From Isurus oxyrinchus (lineage: Eukaryota): a DNA stretch of 64,000 nt. The notes beneath the pieces are model-generated. The model saw nothing but the letters and a program-made list of their open reading frames with translations. It was not told the DNA's origin and made no database searches. Positions 36,790 through 49,165 of this stretch are shown here, piece after piece (position 1 is the first letter of the stretch; each line of letters begins with the position of its first letter). Location of the stretch: assembly GCA_026770705.1 (NCBI GenBank), contig JANJGN010000021.1:98952001-99016000 (forward strand), in the 5' to 3' direction. Both the position numbers and the translations under genes were made by a program.

Positions 36790-37440
36790 AGGACACTTCA
36801 CTGTTAATAACAAATAGAAAGGACGCTCTACCATTAATAACAAATAGAGAGGATACTTCACCATTAATAACAAATAGAGAGAGAACACTTCACCATTAAT
36901 AACAAATAGAGAGGATACTTCACCATTAATAACAAATACAGAGAGGATACTTCACCATTAATAACAAATAGAGAGAGAACACTTCACCATTAATAACAAA
37001 TAGAGAGGATACTTCACCATTAATAACAAATAGAGAGGATACTTCACCATTAATAACAAATAGAGAGAGAACACTTCACCATTAATAACAAATAGAGAGA
37101 ATACTTCACCATTAATAACAAATACAGAGAGGATACTTCACCATTAATAACACATAGAGAGGATACTTCACCATTAATAACAAATACAGAGAGGATACTT
37201 CACCATTAATAACAAATACAGAGAGGATACTTCACCGTTAATAACAAATACAGAGAGGATACTTCACCATTAATAACAAATAGAGAGAGAACACTTCACC
37301 ATTAATAACAAATAGAGAGGATACTTCACCATTAATAACAAATAGAGAGGATACTTCACCATTAATAACAAATAGAGAGAGAACACTTCACCATTAATAA
37401 CAAATCAAGGGAGGACCCTCCACCATTAATAACAAATAAA
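36790..37440 (+). repeat. 30/32-bp minisatellite (ACTTCACCATTAATAACAAATAGAGAGGAT)
   Basis: About 20 tandem copies. Confidence 0.9.
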
Positions 37441-37454
37441 GAAGATGCTTGACT

Positions 37455-40400
37455 AAGGAGCCTTTGTGAATTCCTGCAGTGCATCTTGTAGATGGTACAC
37501 ACTGCTGTTACTGTGTGTCAGTGGTGGAGGGAGTGAATGTTTATGGATGGGGTGCCAATCAAGCGGCTGTTTTTTCATGAATGATGTCAAGCTTCTTGAG
37601 TGATGTGGGAGCTGCACTCATCCAGGCAAGTGGGGAGCTTTCCATCACACTCCTGACTTGTGCCTTGTAAATGGTGGGCAGGCTTTGGGGAGTCAGGAGG
37701 TGAGTCACACACTGCAGGATTCCTCGCCTCTGACCGGCTCTTGTAGCTACAGTATTTATATAGCTAGCCCAATTCAGTTTTGGTCAATGGTAATCCCCAG
37801 AGTGTTGATGGTATGACATTCAGCGATGGTAATGCCATTGAATATCAAGGGGGGATGGTTACATTCTCTCTTGTTGGAGATGATCTTTGCCTGGCACTTG
37901 TGACGTGTGAATACTACTCCTCAGTTATCAGCCCAAGTCTGAATCTCTTCCAGCAATTAATGCATTTGGACATGGACTGCTTCAGTATCTGAGGAGTCAT
38001 GAATGGTGCCGAACATTGTACAATAATCAATGAACATCCCAACTTCTGTCCTTAAAATGAAAGGAAAGTCATTGATGAAGCAGCTGAAGATGGTTGGGCT
38101 GAGGACACTACCCTGAGGAAGTCCTGCAGTGATGTCCTGGATCTAAGATGACAGACCTCCAACAACCACAATCATTTTCCCTTGTGTGAGGTATGACTTT
38201 AACCCATGGAGAGTTTCCCCCCAATTCCCATTGACTGCAGTTTTGTTAGGGCTCCTTGATGCCATACTTGGTCAAATATGCCCTTAATGTCAAGGGCAGT
38301 CACTCTTACCTCGCCTCGGGAGTTCAGCTCTTTCATCCATGTTTGTATCAAGGCTGTAAATAGGTCAGGAGCTGAGTGGCCCTGGTGGAACCCACACTGT
38401 CAGTGAGCAAGTTATTGCTAAGCAAGTGCCGCATGATAGCACTGTTGATAACCCCTTCCATTACTGATGATGGAGAGTAGACTGATGGGGCGGTAATTGG
38501 CCGGGTTGGTTTTTGTGTACAGGACGTACTTGGGCAATTTTCCACATAGTCGGGTAGATGCCAGTGTTGTAGCTGTACTGAAACAGCTTGGCTAGGGGCG
38601 CGGCAAGTTCTGGGGCACAAGTCTTCAGGACTATTGCTGGAATATTGTCAGGGCCCACAGACTTTGCAGTATCCAGTGCCTTCAGCCATTTCTTGATATA
38701 ATGTGGAGTGAATCGAATTGGCTGAAGACTGGCATCTGTGATGCTGGGGACCTCCGGAGGAGGCCGGGATGCATCATCCACTCGGCATTTCTGGCTGAAG
38801 ATTGTTGCGAATGCTTCAGTCTTATTTTTTGCACTGATGTGTTGAGTTCCCTCATCATTGAGGATGGGGATATTTGTGGAGCCTCCTCCTCCAGTGAGTT
38901 GTTCAATTGTCCACCAAAATTCACAACTGGATGTGGAAGGACTGCAGAGCTTAGATCTGCTCCTTTGGTTATGGGATCGCTTAGCCCTGTCTATCACTTG
39001 CTGCTTATGCTGGTTGGCACACAAGTAGTCCTGTGTTATAGCTTCACCAGGTTGACACCTCATTTTTAGATATGCCTGGTGCTGCTCCTGGCATGTCCTC
39101 CTGCACTCTTCATTAACCAGGGTTGATCCCCTGGCTTGGTGATAATTGTAGAGTGGGGGATATGCCGAGCCATAAAACCATAAGACATAGGAACAGAAAT
39201 TAGGCCATTCGGCCCATCGAGTCTGCTCCGCCATTCAATCATGGCTGATAAGTTTCTCAACCCCGTTCTCCCGCCTTCTCCCTGTAACCTTTGATCCCCT
39301 TACCAATCAAGAACCTATCTATCTCGGTCTTAAATACACTCAGTGACCTGGCCTCCACAGCCTTCTGTGGCAATGAATTCCATAAATTTATCACTCTCTG
39401 GGTGAAGAAGTTTCTCCTCATCTCTGTTCTAAAAGGTCTTCCCTTTACTCTGAGGCTGTGCCCTCGGGTCCTAGTCTCTCCTACTAATGGAAACATCTTC
39501 CCCATGTCCACTCTATCCAGGCCTTTCAGTATTCTGTAAGTTTCAATCAGATCCCCCCTCATCCTTCTAAACTCCATCGAGTATAGACCCAGAATCCTCA
39601 AATGTTCCTCATATGTTAAGCCTTTCATTCCTGGGATCGTTCTCGTGAACCTCCTCTGGACCCTCTCCAGGGCCAGCACATCCTTCCTGAGATACGGGGC
39701 CCAAAATTGCTCACAATATTCTAAATGTGATCTGACCAGAGCCTTATAAAGCCTCAGCAGCACATCCTTGCTTTTATATTCTAGTCCTCTTGAAATAAAT
39801 GCCAACATTGCATTTGCCTTCCTAACTACCGACTCAACCTGCAAGTCAACCTTAAGAGGATCCTGGACTAGAACTCCCAAGTCCCTTTGCACTCCAGATT
39901 TCTGAATTCTCTCCCCATTTAGAAAATAGTCTATGCCTCTATTCTTCCTACCAAAGTGCATGACCTCACACTTCCCCACGTTGTATTCCATCTGCCACTT
40001 CTTTGCCCGTTCTCCTAACCTGTCCAAATCCTTCTGCAGCCTCCCTGCCTCCTCAATACTACCTGTCCCTCCACCTATCTTTGTATCATCTGCAAATTTA
40101 GCCAGTCATGAGGTTACAGATTGTGTTTGAGTACAATTCTGCTGTTGCTGATAGCACACAGCACCTCATAGATGCCCAGACTTGAGTTGCTAGACCTGTT
40201 TGAAATCTATCCCATTTAGCACAGTGGTACTGTCACACAACATGATGGAGGGTATCCTCAATGTGAAGACCGGACTCCACAAGGACTGTGCAGTGGCCCC
40301 TTCTGCCGATTCTGTTATTTACATGTGCATCTATGACAGGTATAGTGGTGAAGACAAGATCAAGTAGTTATTTCCCTCTTGTTGGTTCCCTCACCACCTG

Positions 40401-41280
40401 CTGTAGACCCAGTCTAGCAGCGATGTCCTTTAGGACTCAGCCAGTTTGGTCAGTAGTGGTGCTACTGAGCCATTGGTGATAGACATTGAAGTCCCCCATG
40501 GCCTTGCCACCCTCAGTGCTTCCTACAATTGGTGTTCAATATGGAGGAGCACTGATTCATCAGCTGAGGGAGTGCGGTACATGGTAATCAGCAGGAGGTT
40601 TCCTTGCTCATGTTTGACTTGATGCCATAAGACTTCATGCAATCCCAGAGCAACTCCCTCCCAACTGTATGCCACCTTCGTTGGGCCTGTTCTGTCCTGG
40701 GGTTGGGATAGGATATATCCTAGAAAGGTGATGGGGTCATTGCGTGGCAGGTATGATTCCGTGAGGATGACTATGTCAGGCTGTTGCTTCACTAGTCTGT
40801 GAGATAGTTCTCTCAATTTTGGCACTAGGCCCCAGGTGTTAGTAAGGAGGACTTTGCAGGGCCTATAGGGCTGAGTTTGCCGTTGTCGTTTCTGGTGCCT
40901 AGGTCGATGCCGGGTGGTCTGTCCGGTTTCATTCTCTTTTCACTTTTCCGTATTGGTTTTCTGTTACAACTGAGCGTCTTGCTCAGCCATTTCAGAGAGC
41001 TTTTAACAGTCAGTCACATTGCTGTGGGTCTGGAGTCACATGTAGGCCAGACCGGGTAAGGATGGCCAATTTCCTTCCCTAAAGGGCATCAGTGAACCAG
41101 ATGGATTTTTAAGACACTCGACAATGGTTTCATGGTCACAATTACTGAGATGAGCTTTTCATTTCTTATTTATTAGTTGAATTTAAATTCCACCAGCTGC
41201 CATGGTGGGATTTGAACCTGAACATTAGTCTGAGTCTCTGGATTGTCAGTCCTGTAACAATGCCAATACTGCCTCACCTC
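37455..41280 (-). mobile_element. CR1/L2-group LINE (EN+RT) with a tRNA-like 5' head
   Basis: EN LSHRLVKQQPDIVILTESYL..YRTPS; RT region GPDNIPAIVLKTCAPELAAPL; 5' 250 bp match the SINE head. Confidence 0.85.
39171..40103 (-). mobile_element. Younger CR1 LINE 3' part nested in the LINE above
   Basis: Open 256-aa ORF WQMEYNVGKC..LEYCEQFWAP..WNSLP. Confidence 0.92.
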
Positions 41281-41839
41281 AGCCCACCGCCTCCGTTCAA
41301 GCCATACTTTTCCCCATATCACTCTCTGTCTCCACTATCACCCTGTCTGCTAATGTTTCCTGCTCCTTTCTCTATCTTGGGTGTCTCTCCTTCTCCTTTG
41401 TTAACCTTTCTCTAGTCCGTCATGTCTGTCTCTCCCCTCTCTCCCTCCCCCTCGCTCACTTCCCTATTTCCCTCTCTCCACATCTCTCTTTTTATCAACT
41501 TGCTCAACTTCTCTCCCTCACCTTTTCCCACCATCACCCGATATCATTTATGTTTGAACCGAGAGGTGGGAATAGTCAGGAAGAGAGGGCCAGGCTGCGG
41601 GGAAGAGGGAGGCCCCAGAAGCGGGAATAAAGCAGGAAGTAAAAAAACCAGGAATGGTCCACGAGCTGATATGGGGTTGACTAGGAAAGTGGAAGCAGCT
41701 GGGGGTTGGAGAGTGGGCAAAAAAACACAAAATCTCATTGCTTCATTACTAATGGGACAGTACCACTCCCGCTGCACACCCCCACTCTACCCCAGTTAAC
41801 CTGGCTGCCAGTGGGAGATTCCAGTCTGACTGGACATAC

Positions 41840-42100
41840 CAGCCGTGTGGTTCATCCCTTCCGTGATCGTGTTAAAAGTCTTGTTCATTACGTCGTAACG
41901 TTCCTTTCCCAGGCGGTTGAGGTAATCCCAGTTTTCCACATTCAGATAGTCCGTTATGAACTGCTGCCTGGAAGCCATCTGCATGGTGTCACTGTCATAA
42001 TAGGATAACATTACTTCATTGAGCATTGCCACACCTACAAACTCAGGGCGATCAGGAATGCCGGAGGTTCCCATGTACAGCACTGTGAAGGAGTCAGTGT
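41840..42100 (-). CDS. Gene C alpha1 exon
   Basis: 261 nt, open: DTDSFTVLYMGTSGIPDRPEFVGVAMLNEVMLSYYDSD..ENWDYL..MNHTAG, with the N86 sequon. Confidence 0.93.
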
Positions 42101-42269
42101 CTGTTAAAGAAGCAAATGAAGGGATTGGTTAATAAGGAATCAATGATATTTTCCAAACAGCACCAACTGATCAAGATGAATGACACCCACATAGTGACAA
42201 TCTCCTGTAGTCCCTCTCTTCATTTTAACACCAGGATCCTGTCTGAAATGAGAAACTAGGCTTCTTTTT

Positions 42270-42600
42270 GATTCATGGGATGTGGGCATTGCTCGGCTAG
42301 GCCAGCATTTATTGCCCATCTCCAGAGGGCATTTAGGAACCAACCACATTGCTGTAAGTCTGGAGTCACATGGAGGCCAGCACAGCAGATTTCCTCCCCT
42401 AAAGGACATTAGTGAACCAGGTGGGCTTTTACAACAATCGGCAATGGTTTCATGGTCATCATCAGACCTTTAATTCCAGGTTTTTATTGAATTCAATTTT
42501 CACCATTTGCCATGAAGGGATTCAAACTCAGGACCCTGGAGCATTATTTAGGGTCTCTGGATTACCAGCCCAGTGACAATACCACTACGCCACCACCTCC
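42270..42600 (-). mobile_element. tRNA-derived SINE (same family as 24607)
   Basis: Box A TGGCGTAGTGG, box B-like GTTTGAATCC, LINE-type tail. Confidence 0.75.
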
Positions 42601-43049
42601 AGCTCACAGCAGCAAAGGAGATATGAGCAGCAACCTGATGGATCAGCTCCTGTTCCCAGAGGTGGAAGATGGGAGGCTGGCCGGGAGATCATTGGAAAAG
42701 TGATTATGCTGGTGACAAAAAGATGGATGAGAATTTTGTCAGGAGGTGAGGGGGGCGTGGAGATGAGAGAAAGACAGAGCTGGAAATCGATGGCCTCGGT
42801 GATGGAGAGGCTGTAATGGAGGACTTTAGATGTGTAATCACTGTGGCAAACACGGCAGTGAATTTGTGCACAGCAAGATCCCACAAAGCCAGTGTGACAA
42901 TGACCAGATAAGCTGTTTTCGGTCATCCAAAAGGTGGCACATCCAACAGTATCGCACTCCCCCCACACTGCACTGGAGGATCCGTTTAAATAATGTTCTT
43001 GACTTTCTGGAGTGGGGTTTGAACCCACAACCTCTGACTCAGGGGCAGT

Positions 43050-44720
43050 GTGCTACCAACTAACAACCAACAACCAATGGGGCTGGGAGCTCAGCTCAGG
43101 GTCAAACAGGTCACAAGGTTTGATTCAGCCTGAGACAATGATCAGGGAGGAGGGTGGAATCAGTGCAAGGGAATGGAGCTTGTGCTGGTGATCAAAGACA
43201 TTGACTTCAGATTTTCCAAGGTTTCATTCAAGAAAATTGCAGCTGATCCAATACAGAATGCCAAACAATTTAGAGACTGTAAAGAAGCTGAGAGAGGTCA
43301 GAGCGATGTTGACCTGAATGTTGTCGGTGTACATGTGGAGGCTGATGCTCTTGTGTTTGGATGGGGTCAGCGAGGGGCAGTAAGTAGATGAGAAATAGGA
43401 GTGGAGTAAGAATAAATCCTTGAGGGACCCAGAGAAGCCATTACAAGCGGTTCTCTGGCTGCAGTTAGATAGATAAGTATTGAATGAGATGAGAGCAGTT
43501 CCACCCACTGGACCACAGGCAGTGGAGAGGTGTTGGAGGAAGATGGTGTGATCAACCATGTTAAAGGCTGCAGAAAGGTCATGAAGGATAGTTTACCTTT
43601 TATCACCATCACATGGGATGTCATTTGTGACTTTGATTAGAATCGATTCAGTACTGTGACAGGGCAGGAAATCTGACTGAAGGGATTCAAACATGGTGCT
43701 CTGGGAAAGATGGGCATGAATTTGGGAGGTGACAGCACACTCAAGGACTTAGGAGAGGAAAGGGAGGTTGGCAGTAGGTTGAAAGGAAGCGGGGAGTTTT
43801 GAAGGTGGGGGTTGACCTTGGCAGATTTGAAATGGAGGGTTCAGCACCTGAGGGCAGGAAACCATTAACCACGTTGGCTAAGATGGTGGCCAGGAGGGGA
43901 TGCTGGGTGACCAGCAGTTTAATGGGAAGAGGGTCGAGGGAAGGGGAGGTGGGTCTCATGGACAGGATGAGCCAGGACAGGCCATGAGGGGAAATGGGAG
44001 GGGGGGGGGGGGGGTGTCAGGGGGATGTCTTAGAGGAGGTTTGGCCTGATGTGCTAGGAGAAGGGCGAAGGTGCAGCATTGGGCCAGCTGATGACATTGT
44101 CTCAATCTGAGTGATAAAGAAATCCATGAGCTCTTTGGACCCCTGGTGAGGGTGGGGGAGGTGGGAAATTGGGAAAAGGATTTAAGATGATGGTTTTCAG
44201 TAGTGACAAGAAGCCAAGGGTTATCTTTGCATTCCAGATGATCGTGGCGTGGCGAGGAGTCTTAGCAGGCGAGAGCAGGACCTAGCAGTGGAGTTAGATC
44301 TGGCGGTAAATTGTTACATCAGTTACCGGTCATAAACATTCAGATCGATGTCGCTTGGACAGAAGTGGAAATGAAAGTGAAAGAGAGAAATGATTTTAAT
44401 AGGGACTATGACAACAAAGATGGAGGTGAGGGTGTGATTCAGCAGAATGGTGGCTGCACAAATATCATGGTGAAATTTGGAGGGCAAAAGGTAGACAGTT
44501 GAGAGTTTGACCATCTGGTTATGAGTGGGCGTATACAGAAGGAAGTGGGACTGAGAGGTGGAAAAGAGGATGTAAAAGGAAAGGTATAAAAGGAAGTGAT
44601 CGGACACAGCCTCATCCATGATCAAGACCAAGGCTTTATAGAGGCCACGTGATAAGGTTACATGAAGATAAGCGGGAGAGTTTATTTGAGGAGGGGAAAA
44701 GATTAACAGAAGATAGTGAA
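43050..44720 (-). mobile_element. Old L2 LINE fragment
   Basis: Remnants VDHTIFLQHL, PTSPSLDPLPIKLL and SDHFLL. Confidence 0.7.
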
Positions 44721-45459
44721 CTCGGAGTAGGGTGGGAGGTGGTGGTGGCGGCGGGGGGGGGGGGTGGTGCGGTGGCAAGTTGAGTTGGTTTCCATTCTTA
44801 TCTAAGCAGACATATTCAGAGCATCACTTGCAATGTGGCTTCTCTTCCTGCTCCCTCACCGCTGCTCCCAAGGATCTAGCTTTGCTCCGTCCCATTTCTC
44901 ATCCACAAGCTGCTCCTCGGTGACACCATTGGAATAGATGAACATCAGGCTCCATATGTTCATTGCTGATGCCCTGCTCTGCTGCCAAGTGAGTTTGCTA
45001 GCCTGATGGACTGACGAATCCATTCAGACACTAGAACAATGCTGTTTCCTTGCAGGGTCTGACTGGCCACCTGGGCATTTGGGGCATTTCCTGAGGCCCC
45101 GGTGAATGCTTCAATAGCAATTCCCCCCTCCTTTACCAGGTGAATGTCTTTCAGAGGAGTCCCAGTCTGAGTTAGGGCATTGTCCTTGCACAGGTTTTAT
45201 AAACTGCCCTTGAGCACACTTCTGCACAGGGCATGGTGAATAGATGAAATGATGATGGATCAGTGATCCCTCCTGCTGAACAGGAATTTGTCCTTTACTA
45301 TGATCAACACTCTGAACATAAAGCCTTGTTTAAAGGGTTTAGATGTTTATAAACGGAGTGTTTTTATCACAACTTGTGCCACCCCAACCCTGAGACTGAA
45401 CTGCCTTGAAGTCCCATGTAAGAAAGCTTTCCAGTGAGTGACTATTTCTAGTTATAAAT

Positions 45460-46365
45460 GTCTCAGCTCTATTCCCCACCACCTATTTCAGCCTCTCCAC
45501 AGCCTGTGGTTTGTTGTGCCTCTTGGTTGATATCCAACTCCCAATGAGTAGAAATTTCTTCCAATTAAATATCAGGAACTCTGATGCCATTTGCCTTCGC
45601 TCCCAGCCACAAACCCAGTTTGCTCATTCCCGACACCATCCCTCTCCTTGGCCACTGCCCGAGGCTGAACCAGACTCTTCACAATCTTGCCGTCACGAGA
45701 TGAGCACATGATCCAATTTGCACTCCATCATCAATTCTTCCCACTTCCACCTCCAAAACAATCACCCGACTTCACCCTGTCTCAGCTCATCAGCCTTTGC
45801 CACCTCCTGAATTGGCTGCTCCAGGGCGTTCCTGACCAGCACACCACATTCCAGCCTCCATAACCTCGAGGTCATCAAGATCTCTGCTGCCTGTGTCCTT
45901 ACTCGCACCAAGTGCCATTAACCCAACTCGCCCTGTGTTCCCTGGCCGATGTTGACTCCCAGTCAAGCACCATCTTTGGTGATGAGGGAGGGGAGTAAGA
46001 CAGGCAGGAAAGTGGAGTTAGGCCATAATAATATCAGCCATGATCTAACTGAATGGTGGAGAAGGGTCAAGAAACCAAACTATCTACTTCGGCCGCTATT
46101 CCTTTTGTTCTTATGTAGAATTCTCACCCTTGCTTTCAAATTCCTCCTCTCCTTTTCCCTGCCATCTCCTCCACTCCTACCACCCTCTGAGATATCTGTA
46201 CTCCTCTAATTCTGACCTCTTCTGCATCGCCAATTTTAATTGGACCAGTATTGATTGGCGTGTCTTCAGTTGCCTAGACCCCAAGTTCTGGAATTCCATG
46301 GCTCCACCTCTCTGCCTCTCCCGCTTGCTTCCCTTATATCAGATCTCTTTGACCAAACTTTTGAT
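45460..46365 (+). mobile_element. Old L2 LINE 3' fragment
   Basis: Remnants MSRNFFQLNI and FSCLDPKFWNS. Confidence 0.55.
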
Positions 46366-46369
46366 CACA

Positions 46370-47935
46370 GACGGACCACCTGGCATCGACTGAGGCACTG
46401 GAAACAACAGCAGCAAACTCAGCCCTGTCAACCCTGCAAAGTCCTTAGTAACATCTGGGGGCTTGTGCCAAAATTGGGAGAGCTGTCTCTCAGACTAGTC
46501 AAGCAACAGCCTGACACATTCATCCTCACGAATTCACATCTTACAGATAATGTCCCAGACACCACCATCAGCGACCCTGGGTATGTCCTGTCCCACCGGC
46601 AGGAGAGACCCAGCAGAGGTGGCAGCTCAGTGGTATACAGTCGGGAGGGAGTTGCCCTGGGAGTCCTCAACATTGACTCCGGACCCAATGAAGTCTCGAT
46701 GCATCAGGTCAAACATGGTCAAGGAAACCTCCTGCTGATTACCACGTACCGCCCTCCCTCAGCTGATGAATCAGTGCTCCTCCATGTTGAACACCACTTG
46801 GAGGAAGCACTGAGGGTGGCAGGGGGGCAGAATGTACTCTGGGTGGGGGACTTCAATGTCCATCACCAAATGTGGCTCGGTAGCACCACTACTGAACGGG
46901 CTAGCTGACTTCTAATGGACATAGCTGCGAGACTGGGCCTGTGGCAGGTGGTGAGGGAACCAACAAGAGGGAAAAACATATTTGTCCTCATCCTCACCAA
47001 CCTGCCTGCTGCAGATGCATCTGTCCATGGGAGGAGTGACCACCGCACAGTCCTTGTGGTGACGAAGTCCCACCTTCACATTGAACAACATCTATACCTC
47101 ATGGCCTGGTATATCCCTCGCTCTACAATTGTCACCAAGCCAGGGGGTCAACCCTGGATCAATAAAGAGTATGGCAAGTAACAGTTGCACCACACAAGTG
47201 CCAGCAATGACCATCTCCAACAAGAAAGAATCTAACCATCGCCCCTTGATGCTCAATGGCATTACCATCACTGAATCCCCCATTACCTACACTGGGGGTT
47301 ACCATTTACCAGAAACTGAACTGGACTAGCCATATAAATACTGTGGTTACAACAGCAGGTCAGAGGCTAGGAACCGTGTGATGACTAGCTCAGCTCCTGA
47401 CTCTCCAGATCTTGTCCACCATCTACAAGGCACATGTCTGAAGTGTGATGGAATACTCCCCACTTGCCTGGATGAGTCCAGCTCCCACAACACTCAAAAG
47501 CTTGACACCATCCAGGGTAAAGCAGCTCACTTGATGGGCACCCCATCGACAAACATTCACTCCCTCTGCCACTGATGCACAGTGGCAGCAGTGTGTACCA
47601 TCCACAAGATGCAATACAGGAATTCATCAAGGCTCCTTAGACAGCACCTACCAAACCCACAACCACTACCAACTAGATGGACAAGGGCAGCAGATAGATG
47701 GGAACGCCAACACCTGGAAGTTCCCTCCAAGTCACGTGCCACCCTGACTGGGAAATATATCACCATTCCTTCACTATCGCTGGGTCAGAATCCTGGAACT
47801 CCCTCCCTAACAGCACTGTGGGTGTACCTACACCACATGGACTGCAGTGGTTCAAGAAGACAGCTCAGCACCACCTTCTCAAGGGCAATTAGGGATGGCC
47901 AGCCAGCAAAGCCCATATCCCGTGAATGAATTTAA
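46370..47935 (+). mobile_element. Internally deleted LINE (EN plus 3' end), same family as 37455-41280
   Basis: ORF 46255-46908 contains the EN domain (YRPPS..VGDFN); tail AAGGGCAATTAGGGATGG..TGAATGAA. Confidence 0.85.
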
Positions 47936-48173
47936 AAAACCACATTTTGTGGTCCAATGTCAAATATTGTTTGATCATTTTTCTGGGATGTTTCGCTATA
48001 TTAAAGGTGCTATATAAATGCTTGACGTTGTTGTTGATTAATCATGCAGAATAAGGTCATGAACTGCAGGCACCTGGTTCACCACTGAGTCGATGTTCTG
48101 GTGGGAGATGTAGAGAAGGACAGAGAGAACTGATCTACTGGCAGAGTCCAGAGTGTCAGTGCAGGAAGGGGTG

Positions 48174-49133
48174 GATGGGATGGGAAGGGTGTTGGTGAAG
48201 TCTATCCTCAGCAGGCGAGCTGGGTGGGAAGGCTGGTGAGAGAGCAGGGTGAAACTTTAAGGCTGGCTGTCTCTGGGCTTGCTGTTTGTAAAGAGGCAGA
48301 AATGATTCGGATTTCAGAGAATGCTGAGAGAAGGAGAGTGTTATAAAGAGAGAAAGATGGAGAGAGAGAGCGATACGGAGAGAGAGCGATACAGAGAGAG
48401 AGGGATATGGAGAGAGGGAGAGTGATACGGAGAGAGAGAGTGAAATGGAGAGCAAGAGTGATACGGAGAGAGGGAGAGGGAGACGGAGAGGGAGAGATTC
48501 GGAGAGAGAGAGGGACACGGAGAGATGGCAAGTGATTTGGAGAGAGGGAGAGTGATATGGAGAGAGAGGGATACGGAGAGACGGAGAGGAATACGGAGAG
48601 AGGGAGAGTGATACGGAGAGCGAGCGTGATACGAAGAGAGAGAGAGAGATCGAGAGAGAGAGAATGATTTGGAGAGGGAGAATAATACGGAGACAGAGAG
48701 ATACGGAGAGAGAGAGAGAGAGGGATACGGAGAGAGAGTGATACAGAGAGCGAGAGTGATAGGAGAGAGAGTGGTATGGAGAGAGGAAGTGATACGGAGA
48801 GAGAGTGATACGGAAAGAGAGAGTGGTACGGAGAGAGAGTGATATGGAGAGAGAGTGATATGGAGAGAGAGAGCAATACAGAGAGAGAGCAATACAGAGA
48901 GGAAGAGCGATAAGGAGAGAGAGAGAAAGTGATACAGAGAGAGGGAGAGGGATACGGAGTGAGGGAGAGGGATACAGAGTGAGGAAGAAGAATACGGAGA
49001 GAGGGAGAGGCTATGTGGTGAGGGAGAGTGATATGGAGAGAGAGAGATAGGGAGAAAGAGTGATATGGAGAGAGAGTGGTACAGAGAGCGAGAGTGATAG
49101 GAGAGAGAGTGATATGGAGAGAGAGAGAGTGAT

Positions 49134-49165
<32 letters not shown>

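Noticed and set aside
31530-37440. Regular arrays as CRISPR-like repeat-spacer systems
   Set aside because: They are head-to-tail tandem units with no unique spacers, in a vertebrate intron, with no cas genes.
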